A DNA stretch of 64,000 nt from Monocercomonoides exilis PA203 (lineage: Eukaryota > Protista > Preaxostyla), in NCBI GenBank assembly GCA_001643675.2, contig LSRY02000034.1, forward strand, positions 62,001 to 126,000, in the 5' to 3' direction. The notes beneath the pieces were generated by a model that had not been told where the DNA came from, made no database searches, and worked only from the letters and a program-made list of their open reading frames with translations. The position numbers and the translations under genes were made by a program. Position 1 is the stretch's first letter, and each line of letters opens with the position of its first letter. Positions 39,201 to 49,200 of this stretch are shown here, in pieces.

Positions 39201-42200
39201 TCTCAATTTTTAATTGATTTCAGAGAGCCATTTGTGAAGGATCAAGCGATTTGGGGATGCACAGCAGACAATTATGGGGCTGAAGAGGATCTTCTGAAGA
39301 GGGTGTTTGTGTTCAGGAGCGAATTCATATTTGTTTCATCGATTGTGGGGAACAACAGCAACAGCAAACAGTGTGGAGAAATGAAGGGTGCATGTTCATC
39401 GCTGTATGTTGGGGTGAGCCACATCATTCCCTCAAGCTATTCACAGCTGTATATTTGGAATGAAACGACTTTAACTGATTCGTGCTCTGCTCAAAAGGTG
39501 ACCATAAAATCGATGGAAGCGAACAGAAATGCAGAGATAAAAGTGATTGAGATCAACTTGGCTGGTGAAGGAGCTGTGACAACTTCTGAGTTTGTTCGAT
39601 TTGAGAATATTTCATTTGGTTTTGGTGGAATACAGAATGTTGCCTGCTCGTGTTTATTACATCAGCTGAATGGATCTCTTATTCTCGAATCTGTTTCATT
39701 TCAATCTGAGTGGAGAACAACAGAGAATTCACAGACCATTTTTGATTTTTCTCTGATTATTGTTGAAGAAGGGATATTTGAGGTCGATAAGTGCAATATT
39801 GGTCATATTGGTTTCTCGAAGCCTATGTTTCAGATATTGCATTCAGAAATGGCAACATTTGAGGATGTGGGAGTGGATGATGTGGATTGCAAAAGTTCGA
39901 TGATTGAATGCGATGAAAGCGAGAATTTGGGCATCATAAAGTTGAAAGCATCTAATATCACCCTGCAAGATAAAAGCCTGTTGGCATTTGAAAATATCCA
40001 TTCATCTCTGTTTGTTTCATCATTGGTACAATCGTCGTTCACAAACATCAGCCGATCAACTTCTGGATCAAGCATTATTTGCACAACACATCCAATGAGT
40101 GGATTTGAGATTCGTAACTGCTCTTTCCATGAATGTGTGTCAAAATCGCTTAAAGGGAGTCAAGTGGCAATAGCAATGAGTGAGAATATTTTGATGAAGT
40201 TGTGCAAGTTTGAAGGAAATGCAAATGCTGATGCAGAATTGAATGAAATAACTAATGAGATCTGTCGGTGGAATGGATCTGTTGTTGATTTTTCGAACTG
40301 CTTCGTGATGATGAAAGATACAATAGTTTGTAATTCCTCAAAAGGAGGAATGAGTGTAAGTGAAGGATCAACAATAGTTATTCAAGAAGGAAGATTTGAG
40401 AACAACAGCCCATCCATTGAGAATTATCCATCGGTGCGGAGAAACATGTTGTGTTCTGATTCAGCTGAGGTGAATATTATGAGTCTGAAGGGAGGAGATG
40501 GAGTGTTGCCAGATTCATCGATGTGGATTCTGAATGATGGATGCACACTGAAGGGGATTGTTGAGGAGCGAGCATCACCATTGTTCATCCCAGTGCTGGA
40601 GGATATTTCTGTGAATGAAAATGGAAGAAATGCCATGATAAAATTCAAGGGCACTCTTTTTGTGCCATGTGACTTATCTTTCAGAGTTGTGCATAAAACA
40701 GGGGATGTGGAGGTGATTGAGACATATCCTTTTGAAGAAGACAGTTTTGTATCAGAAACGGAAGTTGGTGGGATGATTCCATCAGAAAATATTTCAACGA
40801 TTGCAGGCGAAACGGAGGTGTCTGTGATGATATTGTATGGAAAGCAATTGGCTGCAACTTCTTCTCAGATACTGAAGAACAGAACAGAACCAAAGACAGG
40901 AATTGATAAAGTGGTTGAAGGAGGAAAGGAAGGAAAATTCTCATGGATATTGATTGTTTGCATTGTAGCTGTTGTAGTGCTATTAATTGTGTCGATAATA
41001 TTCATTGTTCGATGGAAGAAGGTGAAGAATGAAGCAGAAGACTTGAGAGAGATTGTGAATGATAACATCAGAAAAGATCCGAAGGCATTTGAGATGGTGA
41101 CGATGGAGATGTCACCAGAAGAGCAGTGGAGGAGAGCAGAGAGGGAGGCTGAGAAGAAGAATGATGAGAGGATAAAGAAAAGGGTGTATGAGAAAAGTTT
41201 GGGACATTCCGAGTCATCAGAGCATCTTCTCTCTGAGAGTGGATCAACAGAATACATCTTGGGAAGAGATTCAGACAAGATCCCTCAATGGATGCTGGAG
41301 AATGTTGATGAGGAAGAAGATGATATATCGAGGAAGAAAACACCATCACCATCCATTTCATCCACTTCAACCACGGACACATCAGACACAGAATCCACAT
41401 TTGTTCGTGGGGAAGATTTATGTCCAACCACCTCATCGATGTCGAATCTGGTGGATGCAATGGCCTGCTCATCGCCACATGAGAAGCTGATCGTGGATTT
41501 GAGAGATTCGCTGTTCATGCTTCTTCATGGGAAAAATGAGAAGAAAGAGATGGCAATCGGAACTCTCCAGGAGAGGGAGGTGACGGCTGCTCAGATCCTG
41601 TTCTGGGTGGCCAATCTTGCACTCCACTCGTTTGATGAAATGAACAATCCACTTCAATCTCTTACCAATCTGAGTCCACACATTGTGCTGTTCTCAGAGC
41701 ACATGGTCATCTGCATTGCCCTCCACTCCGAATGCTCTTCTTCAGATTCTGGTTCATCCTCCATCTCTTCGTCAACTGTTGTCACATCAACAAGTGATGA
41801 TGATGATGACGACAGAGATTCTCTGCCCTCATCGGCATTTGAGGATGAGGAAGACAACAGGAAGGAGTGCATGAGGTGGAAGGCGCCAGAGCTGCTGAAT
41901 GGAACAACGAAGCATGCGACGAAGAAGACGGTTGTGTTTTCTGTTGGGATGATGGTGTGGGAGTGTGTGACGCTGCAGATCCCGTTTGGGGAGTATTCGG
42001 GAGAGGCAGCAGGGAGCATGATTGTGCGAGGAGAGAAGGTGGGGATGGGTGTTGCGAAGGGGTCGCGTGTGAGAGGGGTTGTGGGTGGGTGCCTGCATTA
42101 TGAGGCAGAGGATCGGATGACGCTGGGAGATGTGAAGCGGGAGCTGATCAAGCTGTTTCCTCCGGGTGCAGCAGTGCTCACGATGACAGATGCGATCGGG

Positions 42201-42365
42201 TACGAAGAGGAGTCGGAGGAGGCCTGCAGCACCAGCATGGCCATCATGGCCAGTGGAGCCAGCATGACCAGCACGACATGCATGACAAGCATGACAGACA
42301 TTGGCAACAGATCCAGAGACATGAAGAAGCCAGAGGAAGTGAAGGATGAGGCGAATGGCAAATGA
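33282..42365 (+). CDS. Large single-pass membrane protein: signal peptide, beta-helix/pectin-lyase-like (GGA/GGG) repeats, TM helix, C-terminal kinase-like pseudokinase
   Basis: Signal MIPFVLVLCLSLSFC; repeated GGG[IL] and CG...PC modules; TM FSWILIVCIVAVVVLLIVSIIFIV; RWKAPELL, VFSVGMMVWEC, IPF and R-x-T of kinase subdomains VIII-XI; no HRD or DFG. Intronless 3,027-aa ORF. Confidence 0.85.
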   Translation: MIPFVLVLCLSLSFCGNDENEVLRNGKVTFCIPVAKKSDALANGSIVHVLGKIYNSTVKLKGILVEKRDGCLAFDIFTRSLLVVENSQLLEKSDSYHHYVKNEGTCEMINTSLNFEYKEKNELMKSVVQMNAEDSLLLVRKCVWKNIAFCGSGSLLREGSGCFEGIKNCEFVNITKKHSERETKQIEKELMMKMSVMEDCQVESSMNVLEGGIVSGTEGSVFFSCNNCTFLQNERTNRKVKNTERNSTTETQNFMNAEWNGCSAPCGGALYVHDNSNATLTVENSSFVKCKATSTRGGGIFALNIGECSVKHSSFIECSCIITDNYGGGGAEIEVISIQVFFENCFFKDDISGDDGGGLGIWSSKTTKTNECILDCSYINCAVLNNSYSYGGGLLHWSPVDKIVTRNCLFQSCDAIYCGGGVAMRVQTFGGDMLWFCFFHNNTASYGNDINVVDDYLNPQTICCYSTRTEGIRYFAEGDKSEWLPNEGGRSRFVSSKEIQANAKDTFSCGLNESCACLTISHCLSQMIVGFVEEIRVLAGMVVEGKGIDVGGKTISVNGVSSSGSAIATKFEANGLSLFCVGTGGLTVNDLSVIHNTSFESNKQCRLFEVQGCGLIDVKKVNISMDSAHSEKRCIQNSLVKLEEGELKMKDVMWEQTFSSTSLISLSQETMISLTLDNCTFTNIVRTTAGSSMMSVGEGLYSITLEGCTIDGCGSDESKFGGEMMIEMGSWSSLTISGGIVKNCFASITQGKGGGIGLKVRDINAEFLISPAFEGNRAKWGSGIFVDSIDLESTATSGKITSLTASNPLLDEIRGFDKGDDSIPIPLCAYLISIPDEIYVSNVDAFNHFLCGFAEFPCMILKDSLERQEEEKKIVVDGMIEMQDKLIFDSFKHIIRGKDENSGWKVSNDPNRSDGSMITVSTNTNMSSLVFSVPSALPNYEAFFCSTSQLFSLDGCSLTFQDSQSELCYVFLSGTAGEVSVSSLNVLSLTIGNCPLISLDGSNAAGTFTSMNIEDICFETNGVLFGVANGASLISEDSTLSVKAFSQGDLPSGSIRVISSNSAMMLKFTNNTMRGFRGIEGNGGAIECTLVRDCSLEIVGGMMRGCEVNGGNGGGLWVEMKEGSSFTVGNLTEADSAKTTSSNDEYDLFQLVDCKAKRNTYGEHGYGGGIYLHLDDGAQSFILEKMSFTGCDAQEGKEIFINANDLLSAISRSSIEFEVDLNNFTKLNGFERSTSSETFAIPLVLYLWNNFSVQAFVGGSSSHDFSKCGFEEFPCSTITKAVSIYFEGKKKDISIIEPLTIKEELSLSTDEWSIKAKDNEMKCGVVDQAEGAQSGLIESSVSVSVTGVIFSLMKSLTFHESVFECYSGKLTLNECGMEGGSEAITTVFVKAIGGVVEVIEFGSKNMKKWDTSFFIVEGSAETVPSLNMTKSNFAEFTFGDGCVVESCNGNIEEMSGCTFSSITRSKGSGGCISITNKNDNNGRNFKVEINDCTFDGCAVEEEENEIGGGALFCEASSKTNLLINECKLYGCTAPYEGGIAGYGGGVMLNMLNEEEEEAFVISSPAFSSDKPNNAKYGQDLFISSPSLVKSIKNETLQFVKDRLEKLTEDSMRGFDGENRECAIPLIYFWKSVGSSVYIAEEGNNVVVCGLLEYPCRSIDYGMNRIDSSTVEQMTIHGVCDVMSVIEMSGMKLEGTDGKSDKIRFVQSIKENGNAVVECKGVVQFNELGILIPSAFDNGANILIRTGSDVVKTSIVSCTVHKIENVKDEASFVLISALKGIFSIEKTNIVGFSTMHEIMSTSADCVTTMNNVIFKDISLGGKSAIMMSESVISGCGNDYSEEMWNILFEQCTFVNVKNNEASYPSLFCCDISNKMRLKMDNSTIDGCGSTSSNEGGGMFFLLNERGRLEMNHTNVTECFCSNTGRGGGLFLKSQSVSQEALPFVLSNITFRGNVASKGRDVFVKCTDLDSQISESQFLIDFREPFVKDQAIWGCTADNYGAEEDLLKRVFVFRSEFIFVSSIVGNNSNSKQCGEMKGACSSLYVGVSHIIPSSYSQLYIWNETTLTDSCSAQKVTIKSMEANRNAEIKVIEINLAGEGAVTTSEFVRFENISFGFGGIQNVACSCLLHQLNGSLILESVSFQSEWRTTENSQTIFDFSLIIVEEGIFEVDKCNIGHIGFSKPMFQILHSEMATFEDVGVDDVDCKSSMIECDESENLGIIKLKASNITLQDKSLLAFENIHSSLFVSSLVQSSFTNISRSTSGSSIICTTHPMSGFEIRNCSFHECVSKSLKGSQVAIAMSENILMKLCKFEGNANADAELNEITNEICRWNGSVVDFSNCFVMMKDTIVCNSSKGGMSVSEGSTIVIQEGRFENNSPSIENYPSVRRNMLCSDSAEVNIMSLKGGDGVLPDSSMWILNDGCTLKGIVEERASPLFIPVLEDISVNENGRNAMIKFKGTLFVPCDLSFRVVHKTGDVEVIETYPFEEDSFVSETEVGGMIPSENISTIAGETEVSVMILYGKQLAATSSQILKNRTEPKTGIDKVVEGGKEGKFSWILIVCIVAVVVLLIVSIIFIVRWKKVKNEAEDLREIVNDNIRKDPKAFEMVTMEMSPEEQWRRAEREAEKKNDERIKKRVYEKSLGHSESSEHLLSESGSTEYILGRDSDKIPQWMLENVDEEEDDISRKKTPSPSISSTSTTDTSDTESTFVRGEDLCPTTSSMSNLVDAMACSSPHEKLIVDLRDSLFMLLHGKNEKKEMAIGTLQEREVTAAQILFWVANLALHSFDEMNNPLQSLTNLSPHIVLFSEHMVICIALHSECSSSDSGSSSISSSTVVTSTSDDDDDDRDSLPSSAFEDEEDNRKECMRWKAPELLNGTTKHATKKTVVFSVGMMVWECVTLQIPFGEYSGEAAGSMIVRGEKVGMGVAKGSRVRGVVGGCLHYEAEDRMTLGDVKRELIKLFPPGAAVLTMTDAIGYEEESEEACSTSMAIMASGASMTSTTCMTSMTDIGNRSRDMKKPEEVKDEANGK

Positions 42366-42554
42366 TGAGGAGATCAGATCAGAAAAGAGCAGAGCAGAGC
42401 AGAATAATGAAATAAAAAAATCAGACAAGAGAAATTGGAGCATTCATTGGAAAACTTTGAACGTGTTCAACATTTTTGAACAGCACAGAAATAGAGTTGG
42501 TTTTGAACAGAAAAAAGATAAAGACAATGAAAAATGAAAAAGAAAAAAAGAAAC

Positions 42555-42668
42555 CCTGGTGCAGACAACACAGTGGCCATTGGAGGACGAGTGAAGCCAG
42601 AAGGCTTCTCTGAACCCGTGGGAGCAATGATCGGTTGTTGCCCATTGTGTTGTGGATGCTTGGCCAGG
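42555..42668 (+). other. Candidate structured RNA element downstream of the receptor-like gene
   Basis: GC-rich island in AT-rich DNA with nested stems: CCTGGT/GCCAGG, ACAACACAGTGG/CCATTGTGTTGT, CATTG/CAATG, GAAGCC-AGAA-GGCTTC. Confidence 0.4.
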
Positions 42669-43298
42669 TGCATGCTGCATGGTGCATGCTGGGAAAAGCG
42701 GCAATGCCCACATGGCCGAACACTGATCAGCACAGCATCGCTTCAGACAAAACATTTCATATTCCATTTTCAGTTGTTGTTGGAATAACTTTTTCTTTCT
42801 TTCTTTCTTTGAAAAAGAAATAAACAATTGTTCCACTATTAAATGCAATTAATGTGAAGTTTTGGTTCAAAAAAAATTATTATTAAATAAAAATTAAAAT
42901 AAAAATATCGAGTTTATTTATCTCATAAGATTATTCACTCATCAAGAAATATTGAAACTTACAATAAAGAAGAAAACACTTTTCAAAAATAAATATCCAC
43001 ATTGATTGAGAAACAATATAAAACATTATTGCATTGGAATATTCTTCAAATATTGGTTAAATAGAAATAAAGAAAACAAAAAAAGTTTCTTAGTCAGATG
43101 CAAAAGCTTCAAAACCTCACATAAAATTCATGAACGATCTCTAAATTCATTAATTGACATCATTCATTGAAATTAAAAATTGAAAAATTATTTAATTAAA
43201 AACATGATACACACAACAAGAAAGCAATCAATCAAACAAACATTTCTAAAAAAATAAACCTTCAAGCTTTTAGAAAATAAAGTCAAAAAATATGTTAT

Positions 43299-46200
43299 CT
43301 ATAACTCGCAAATTACATTATGCTTAAAGCTATGTAAAGCATATTCATATTCAAAGTAACAAAGATCTAACATTGCAAAATGATTGCTTTCCTTTAACCT
43401 TTTTTGAAAAAAGTCAATATTTCTTTCTCCAGAGTCACAAAATAGATTCTGATTATTGCATTTTTTCTCATCTTCAGAATGAAGAATATTCTCGTTCTTC
43501 AATTTGTTTTCTTCATTGCTCCATTGAAGCGGTATACTTTTGCCTTTTTCAGATTCAAAATTGATAAAACGTGAAAACAATTTTGTGTTGAAAGATAAAG
43601 ATTCTTGCTTATATAAATGCTTTGCACAGAAGTCAATGGTACAAATGAGAGGTTGCAAGATTGAAATTGACTGAATCAGAGACCGAAGAAGGGATGAGTT
43701 ATTAGCATGTGAAGCAAGACGTACAAAAAAAAGAGGCATGAAAAGCTTTGAAAGAGGGTCAAAAATTTTTGACTGATAATCCAAAATGCAAACTTTTGTG
43801 CGATATTTATTAATTTTTTGAATTGAAGATATTTTATCGTAAAAGTCAAATGGAAGCTTCCCTTTTTTATTTAAAATATGGATTCCATTTCCATCTATGA
43901 ATGAATATCCAAGCGGATCAATCTGCTCCAAGAAGCTTTCTTCAGCACACGTGATACCCCGATGAACAGAATCTAGAGGTTCTGAATACTTCAGAGGTAT
44001 ATAATCTAACAATGATCCGATGTGTGATGAGATTGAATAAGCATATGTTGAAAACAAGAAAGAGTAACTAACATGAGGCTGAACAATGGAATAAACTTTT
44101 TGTTCAGTTGGTTGCAAAGAAGAGGTAATTAATCTGCAGCAGTATGTTCCATATATCATTGCTAACACACGATTTAGCTTTTCTTTTTGTTCAAACTTCT
44201 TTATTCTTCTTTTCATGATTGCTTGAAAAGTCTTCGTTTGCGAAATATATGGAAGAAGATAATTTATTTGCGAACGAATTGCATCAAATTCTTTTCCCTC
44301 ATTTTCATTGTTTTTGCCAAACGCAACATGTACAAAGTTTTCACTTTCTTTTTCAAAGAAAATACAATTGAATTCATTTTTCATGTTTGAATGTATGTCT
44401 TTATCACAACAATTGGTTTTTCTTGGAATATGTTCTTGGCTGTTGTGATAGCATTGATGCACTCTTGAAAATGATCTTTTTTGAATTAAAGACTCCAATC
44501 CTTTCGAAAAACTCTTGGTCTCAGCCGACGATGATGTTTCATCACCGCTGCATTCAGAAGTTGACGAGTAATCAGTCGAAAATGAACACTGAGAAGAGGA
44601 AGAAAAATAGGAAGAAGTAGAAGTAGTAGAAGAAGATGATAATGAAGACGAATGATCAAATGAAGCAGAAGTATTATCAATTGAATGAGAGAGCTCGCTT
44701 TCAGAATTATAAATATTCTCACTTGATTGAGTAAATGCACTTGCGGCATCACTTGAAGAAAGCACAGAAGAAGAAATCGAAGAGTCAGTTGAAAACGATG
44801 ATTCTGATAACTCTTCTTCATCTTTTGTTCTGTCTAGATCATTTAAATGCGAAGAAGGAAAAGACAGAGATTGTAAATGTAATTTATATCTTGCAGAATT
44901 CGAGCCTTCAAATTGCAATGCATTCGTAACTCGACTTTTGTGAATCTCTCCTCGATGGAAATACGCTCCATTTGATCCTTGCTTCATTTGAATGGGAATT
45001 GAATTTTTGGAAACAGATGCAAAGCTTTTATTTCTTCCTTGAACGAAATGATGCATTTTTTTTGAATTTCTTTCCAAAATCTGAAAATGCTTGGAATGAG
45101 TGTTGTATTTTGAAAATGCCCCATTTTTCTTTACTTTTAATTTTTCTTCAAAATCATCATTTTGAGATTCCGAATAAAAAAGACTTGAATTTTTATCCAA
45201 ATTTTCATTGGATTGCCTATTTCTCCGTATTGAATCATCCTTTTTGTTATCTATCTTATTGAACCTTAATCTTGGCCTTCCTTTTTTATGAATAATTCTT
45301 CTATGTTCATTGCCATTTTCATCATCATCTTCTTCTCCTCCTTTATCGCTATTTCCATCATTTTTTCTTTTGCGACTCTGAAAGAGCTGACTCCATTTGC
45401 TTCCCTGTGAAGCCATAGCTGCTGCTCTTTCCACATCTCCCATCAAAAGGATGATCAACGACATCATCCCATTCATTCGCAATCTGCTTGATATTTGCAG
45501 AGCCAATGGAAGAACCCTCAAACAATAAGAATGTGTAGTTGATTTAGAATTAGATGAGAGATAACAAGATGCTCCTTCAAAAGAAGCAGGAGTCTTGAAG
45601 ATGTTATCGCAACCCATCTGAATAGAAGGGATGCTTTGCCCATTTACCGTAAATACTGGCATTGCCAAAAATAAAAGTTGATGAACAATTTCAGGATGAT
45701 CTGGAATAATTCTGGATTTAAGAACAAAAATCAGTTCATTATACCTATTGAAACGGGTGAGAAGCGCAATGTAGAAAAGTGAGAGGAGGAGAAGGCAAGA
45801 AGAACCTTGGGAGTTCGATAAAAGCGGAGTGTGATGAACTGCACAGAAATACACACGAAGGAAATGCAACGTTGACGCCAAAAGAGGAATAATGCGAGAA
45901 GAACGAGAAGAATTTGTCTTAAAAGGAAAAAACGAGTGTTCATCGAATATTATCGTTTGATTTTCTCCTGAATTCCTTTCAGCTTCAGCTTCAGATTCTT
46001 CTTTTGCTTCATGCTTTCTCCAAACATCACACAAAGAATCGAAGATGTCATTTGGAGTAATCACAAACTGAAGCGCCTTTTCCAGAAAAGGAGATGAGAA
46101 GAAGTTCACCACATCGTTTGAGGAAGCGATTGTATTTGCGCATTCAGAAGGTGGTGAATGAGTCACTGTTGGAGAATCATTTTCTGTTGTGGACTGGCAT

Positions 46201-49200
46201 TTTTGATCACTTTTGGAAAAGCAATGTGAATCTGGATCTACCTGGTCATCTTTTTGTGCTCTTACAAAATTTGGAGAAACTTTCTCGTCATGTGCATAAA
46301 TCTCTTCCTTTTGATCGATTTCTAAGTTATTCACATCAGTCCTTTCTTCACTTTTACACGAAGATGTAGCAGTTTCCTTGTTAATTTTATTGTCCATTTC
46401 CCCTTTTTTTCTTTTAATTTCGGCATCTTCGTCGAGAAGTTCCTTGATAATCCACAAATACACTGGAGAACGAGGAAACGAATATGCAACTGCAAAACGG
46501 CTTTCAGATGCCGAAGAATCGATTGAAGGAGAATCAATGCAATTTTTTGGTTTATCAATTCCAGATGATTGAATGTCATCATTTTGTGTTGAGACTTTAC
46601 TTATTTCTTTGCAAGTATTCAAAATAACTTGATGATTGACAACATCAACAGGAAAAGAAGCTGGAAACAGAAGAGACTGCCAAAGTTCGTGTGAAGGAAG
46701 CGTTTTTGTGTCCTGCATTCCAAAGAAGCTGTCGGACAGCCTCAGAGGAGACGAAAACTCGCGACACGATTTCGCTTTGTTGTTGAATGCGAAAGAAGAA
46801 AAAGACGTATGTTGAGAAGATAATGTTTCCTTTCCGATTTCATTTTCTGAAGATAAATTCGATTTCAAAGGAAAATCGACTGAAGAAAAAGAAGCAGGAA
46901 GTCGCATGCGGCACTCTGAAATCACACAGCGAGAAAGAAGCTGAAGAATTGGAGAAAAAGACGGAGGATGAGACGAAGGCAAATTGGTATGAACAGACGA
47001 TGACGATGACGATGACGATGGTGATGAATATCCTTCAATTGGATACTTATGGCTATGATCTGGAGATAGGGCAATATTTGATGATTGCTTTTGAGGAGTA
47101 GAAGAAAATGAAGAAGAAAACAAAGATGGCAAAGAAAAAGAATGAGTTGGATTTGTAGGAAGTGGCAATAATAATGAATTCTGGTGTTGATTCAGAAGTT
47201 GAGGAGCAAATGTCAGAGATGTTTGAGTTTTTGGAGAGGAAGATGGAGAAGATGGAGAAGATGAAGAAGTAGGCGCTGATGAAGAGAAGAAAGAAGAAAA
47301 GATAGGAAAAGGAGGTGAAGCTGAAATTGGTACTGCTTTTACCAAACTTCCATTTTCAAAAGATTTCAAAATAGGTTCATTCTTATGTGTCAGCAAGCCG
47401 TTTGGAGAATAATCTATGAAAGGAGGTGGAGCAACTGGCAGATGAAGAGGCGTGGAAGGTGTGAGAGGAGAGCAATTTGCCGACATATTCACTTCTGATG
47501 CATTGCTGGCAAAAAACGAAGAGGGCTTTTCATCTTCTGAAGATTCAAGCATCACCCTTTTTTCGAAGGAAGTTAATTTCGAGGGAGAAAGAGAAAGCGT
47601 GGGCGAAGAAGTGAATGCAGTTGGAGAAGAGTCGAGAGAAGAGCACAAACGTCGGTTGTGAGAAGAAGAAGAAAGCGAAGAAGAAAATGAAGGCGAAGGG
47701 GAGGAGGAAGGTGAAGGAGAAGGTGAAGGAGATTGTGACTGATCGAATAGAATTGGCTCGTTTGTGAGGGAGGACATGGAATCTGATGATTCAGACTCTG
47801 AAAGTGCAGATGGATCTAATTCTGGACTGGTTGCATTTTGAGAGTCAAATGAATGAGGCATATCTGTTTGCTGGTTGGGTCGTGCCTGCTGTTGAGATTG
47901 AGGGAACATCTCGATCAAATTTGATTTATTGATATTCTTGCTTGGCTGGCTTAGAACTTCTTGTTGATCACCATTGGAGTTGTGTGATTGGTTATATTCA
48001 GATCCAGATGATTCAGAAGGATGATAGACAGTTTTGTCTGACAAAGTTGATAAAGCCAAAGGCTGAAAAGAACAAGAAGGCTCTGGAGAAGGGGAAGTTC
48101 CAGGAGAAGAAAGTAGAGGTGACAACGAACACGAAATTCCACTTTTTCCTAACAAAGACGATTGACGCACGAAATACAAATCATTAGAATTTTCAGCATT
48201 TTGGTTTGTTCTTTCATTTTCTTTTTCTTTCTTTCTTTCTTCGTTTGAGTCAAAGCCGAAAGGTGCGATCTCCAGTTTAAACTGGACTGATTTTGGGAAG
48301 CATTTTCTTATTTTGTCAGTTGGAGTCATCATCCAAAGATATGATAACAGATCATTTCCAGCTATTCCATAAAGAGAAGAAATCGAAAGCTTCAAATTTT
48401 CGTGTGAAAAATTAAGTTTTTCATTTGAAGAGAACAAATGTTTATGATCTGAGTCAAAATCATTGGCTTTTCTCGATTTTGACAGATTCTTATTGCTGTT
48501 CCGAATTTTTCTCATCTGTCGTCGTATGAATTGTTTGTATTCTGTTTCGGTTGTGCCCATGGAGAGAAAAGAGGAGAAGCGAAACAAAAACATTTCAAAC
48601 ATTTGGATTAAAATCGAAGGAGAAGGAAGGGCAGTTGTCAAGATATGAACTGGCTCCTTATAAGTGAATGCTATTTGAGGCTTTTGCTGATCGTAATAAC
48701 ATTCTTTCTGTTCATTTGATAAGAAGTCATATGAAAACGTAGAGTTTCTATCGGAAGAATTATCGTTTGGCGCTGAAAAAATGGACAGACTTGGAGGTAA
48801 TAAAAGCGGAGACACAGCCGCTGCATCCATTTTTGAGAGCGTTTTATTTTGTTCTGGACATTTTTGTGATTGTTGATTGAAAGAATTTTTCAAGTTTGCT
48901 TCTCCTGCACATTTTTTGTATTCTTCATCCTTAAGTGAATATCCATTATCTATTTCATTGTATTCCTCTTCTTCTTCAATTTCATATTCTTCCTCTTCTT
49001 CCTCTTCTTCCTCTTTCGCCTCTTCCTCTTCTTTCAAAAAAACTTCACAATTTGTATTTATTTCTTCTGTTGTTTCATCAGAAACAGACTTAGCTGACAT
49101 ATCTTTTTTATTTCCTTTGATTTCATCATTTTCATAATCACAAGAATTCATTGCATTAAACAAAAAAGAACCTGTTTCAAATGAATTTGAAGAATTGAGC

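Noticed and set aside
42228-42300. Short AGCATGACC-like repeats
   Set aside because: Degenerate 9-bp coding repeat (TSM) with no spacers; not CRISPR-like.
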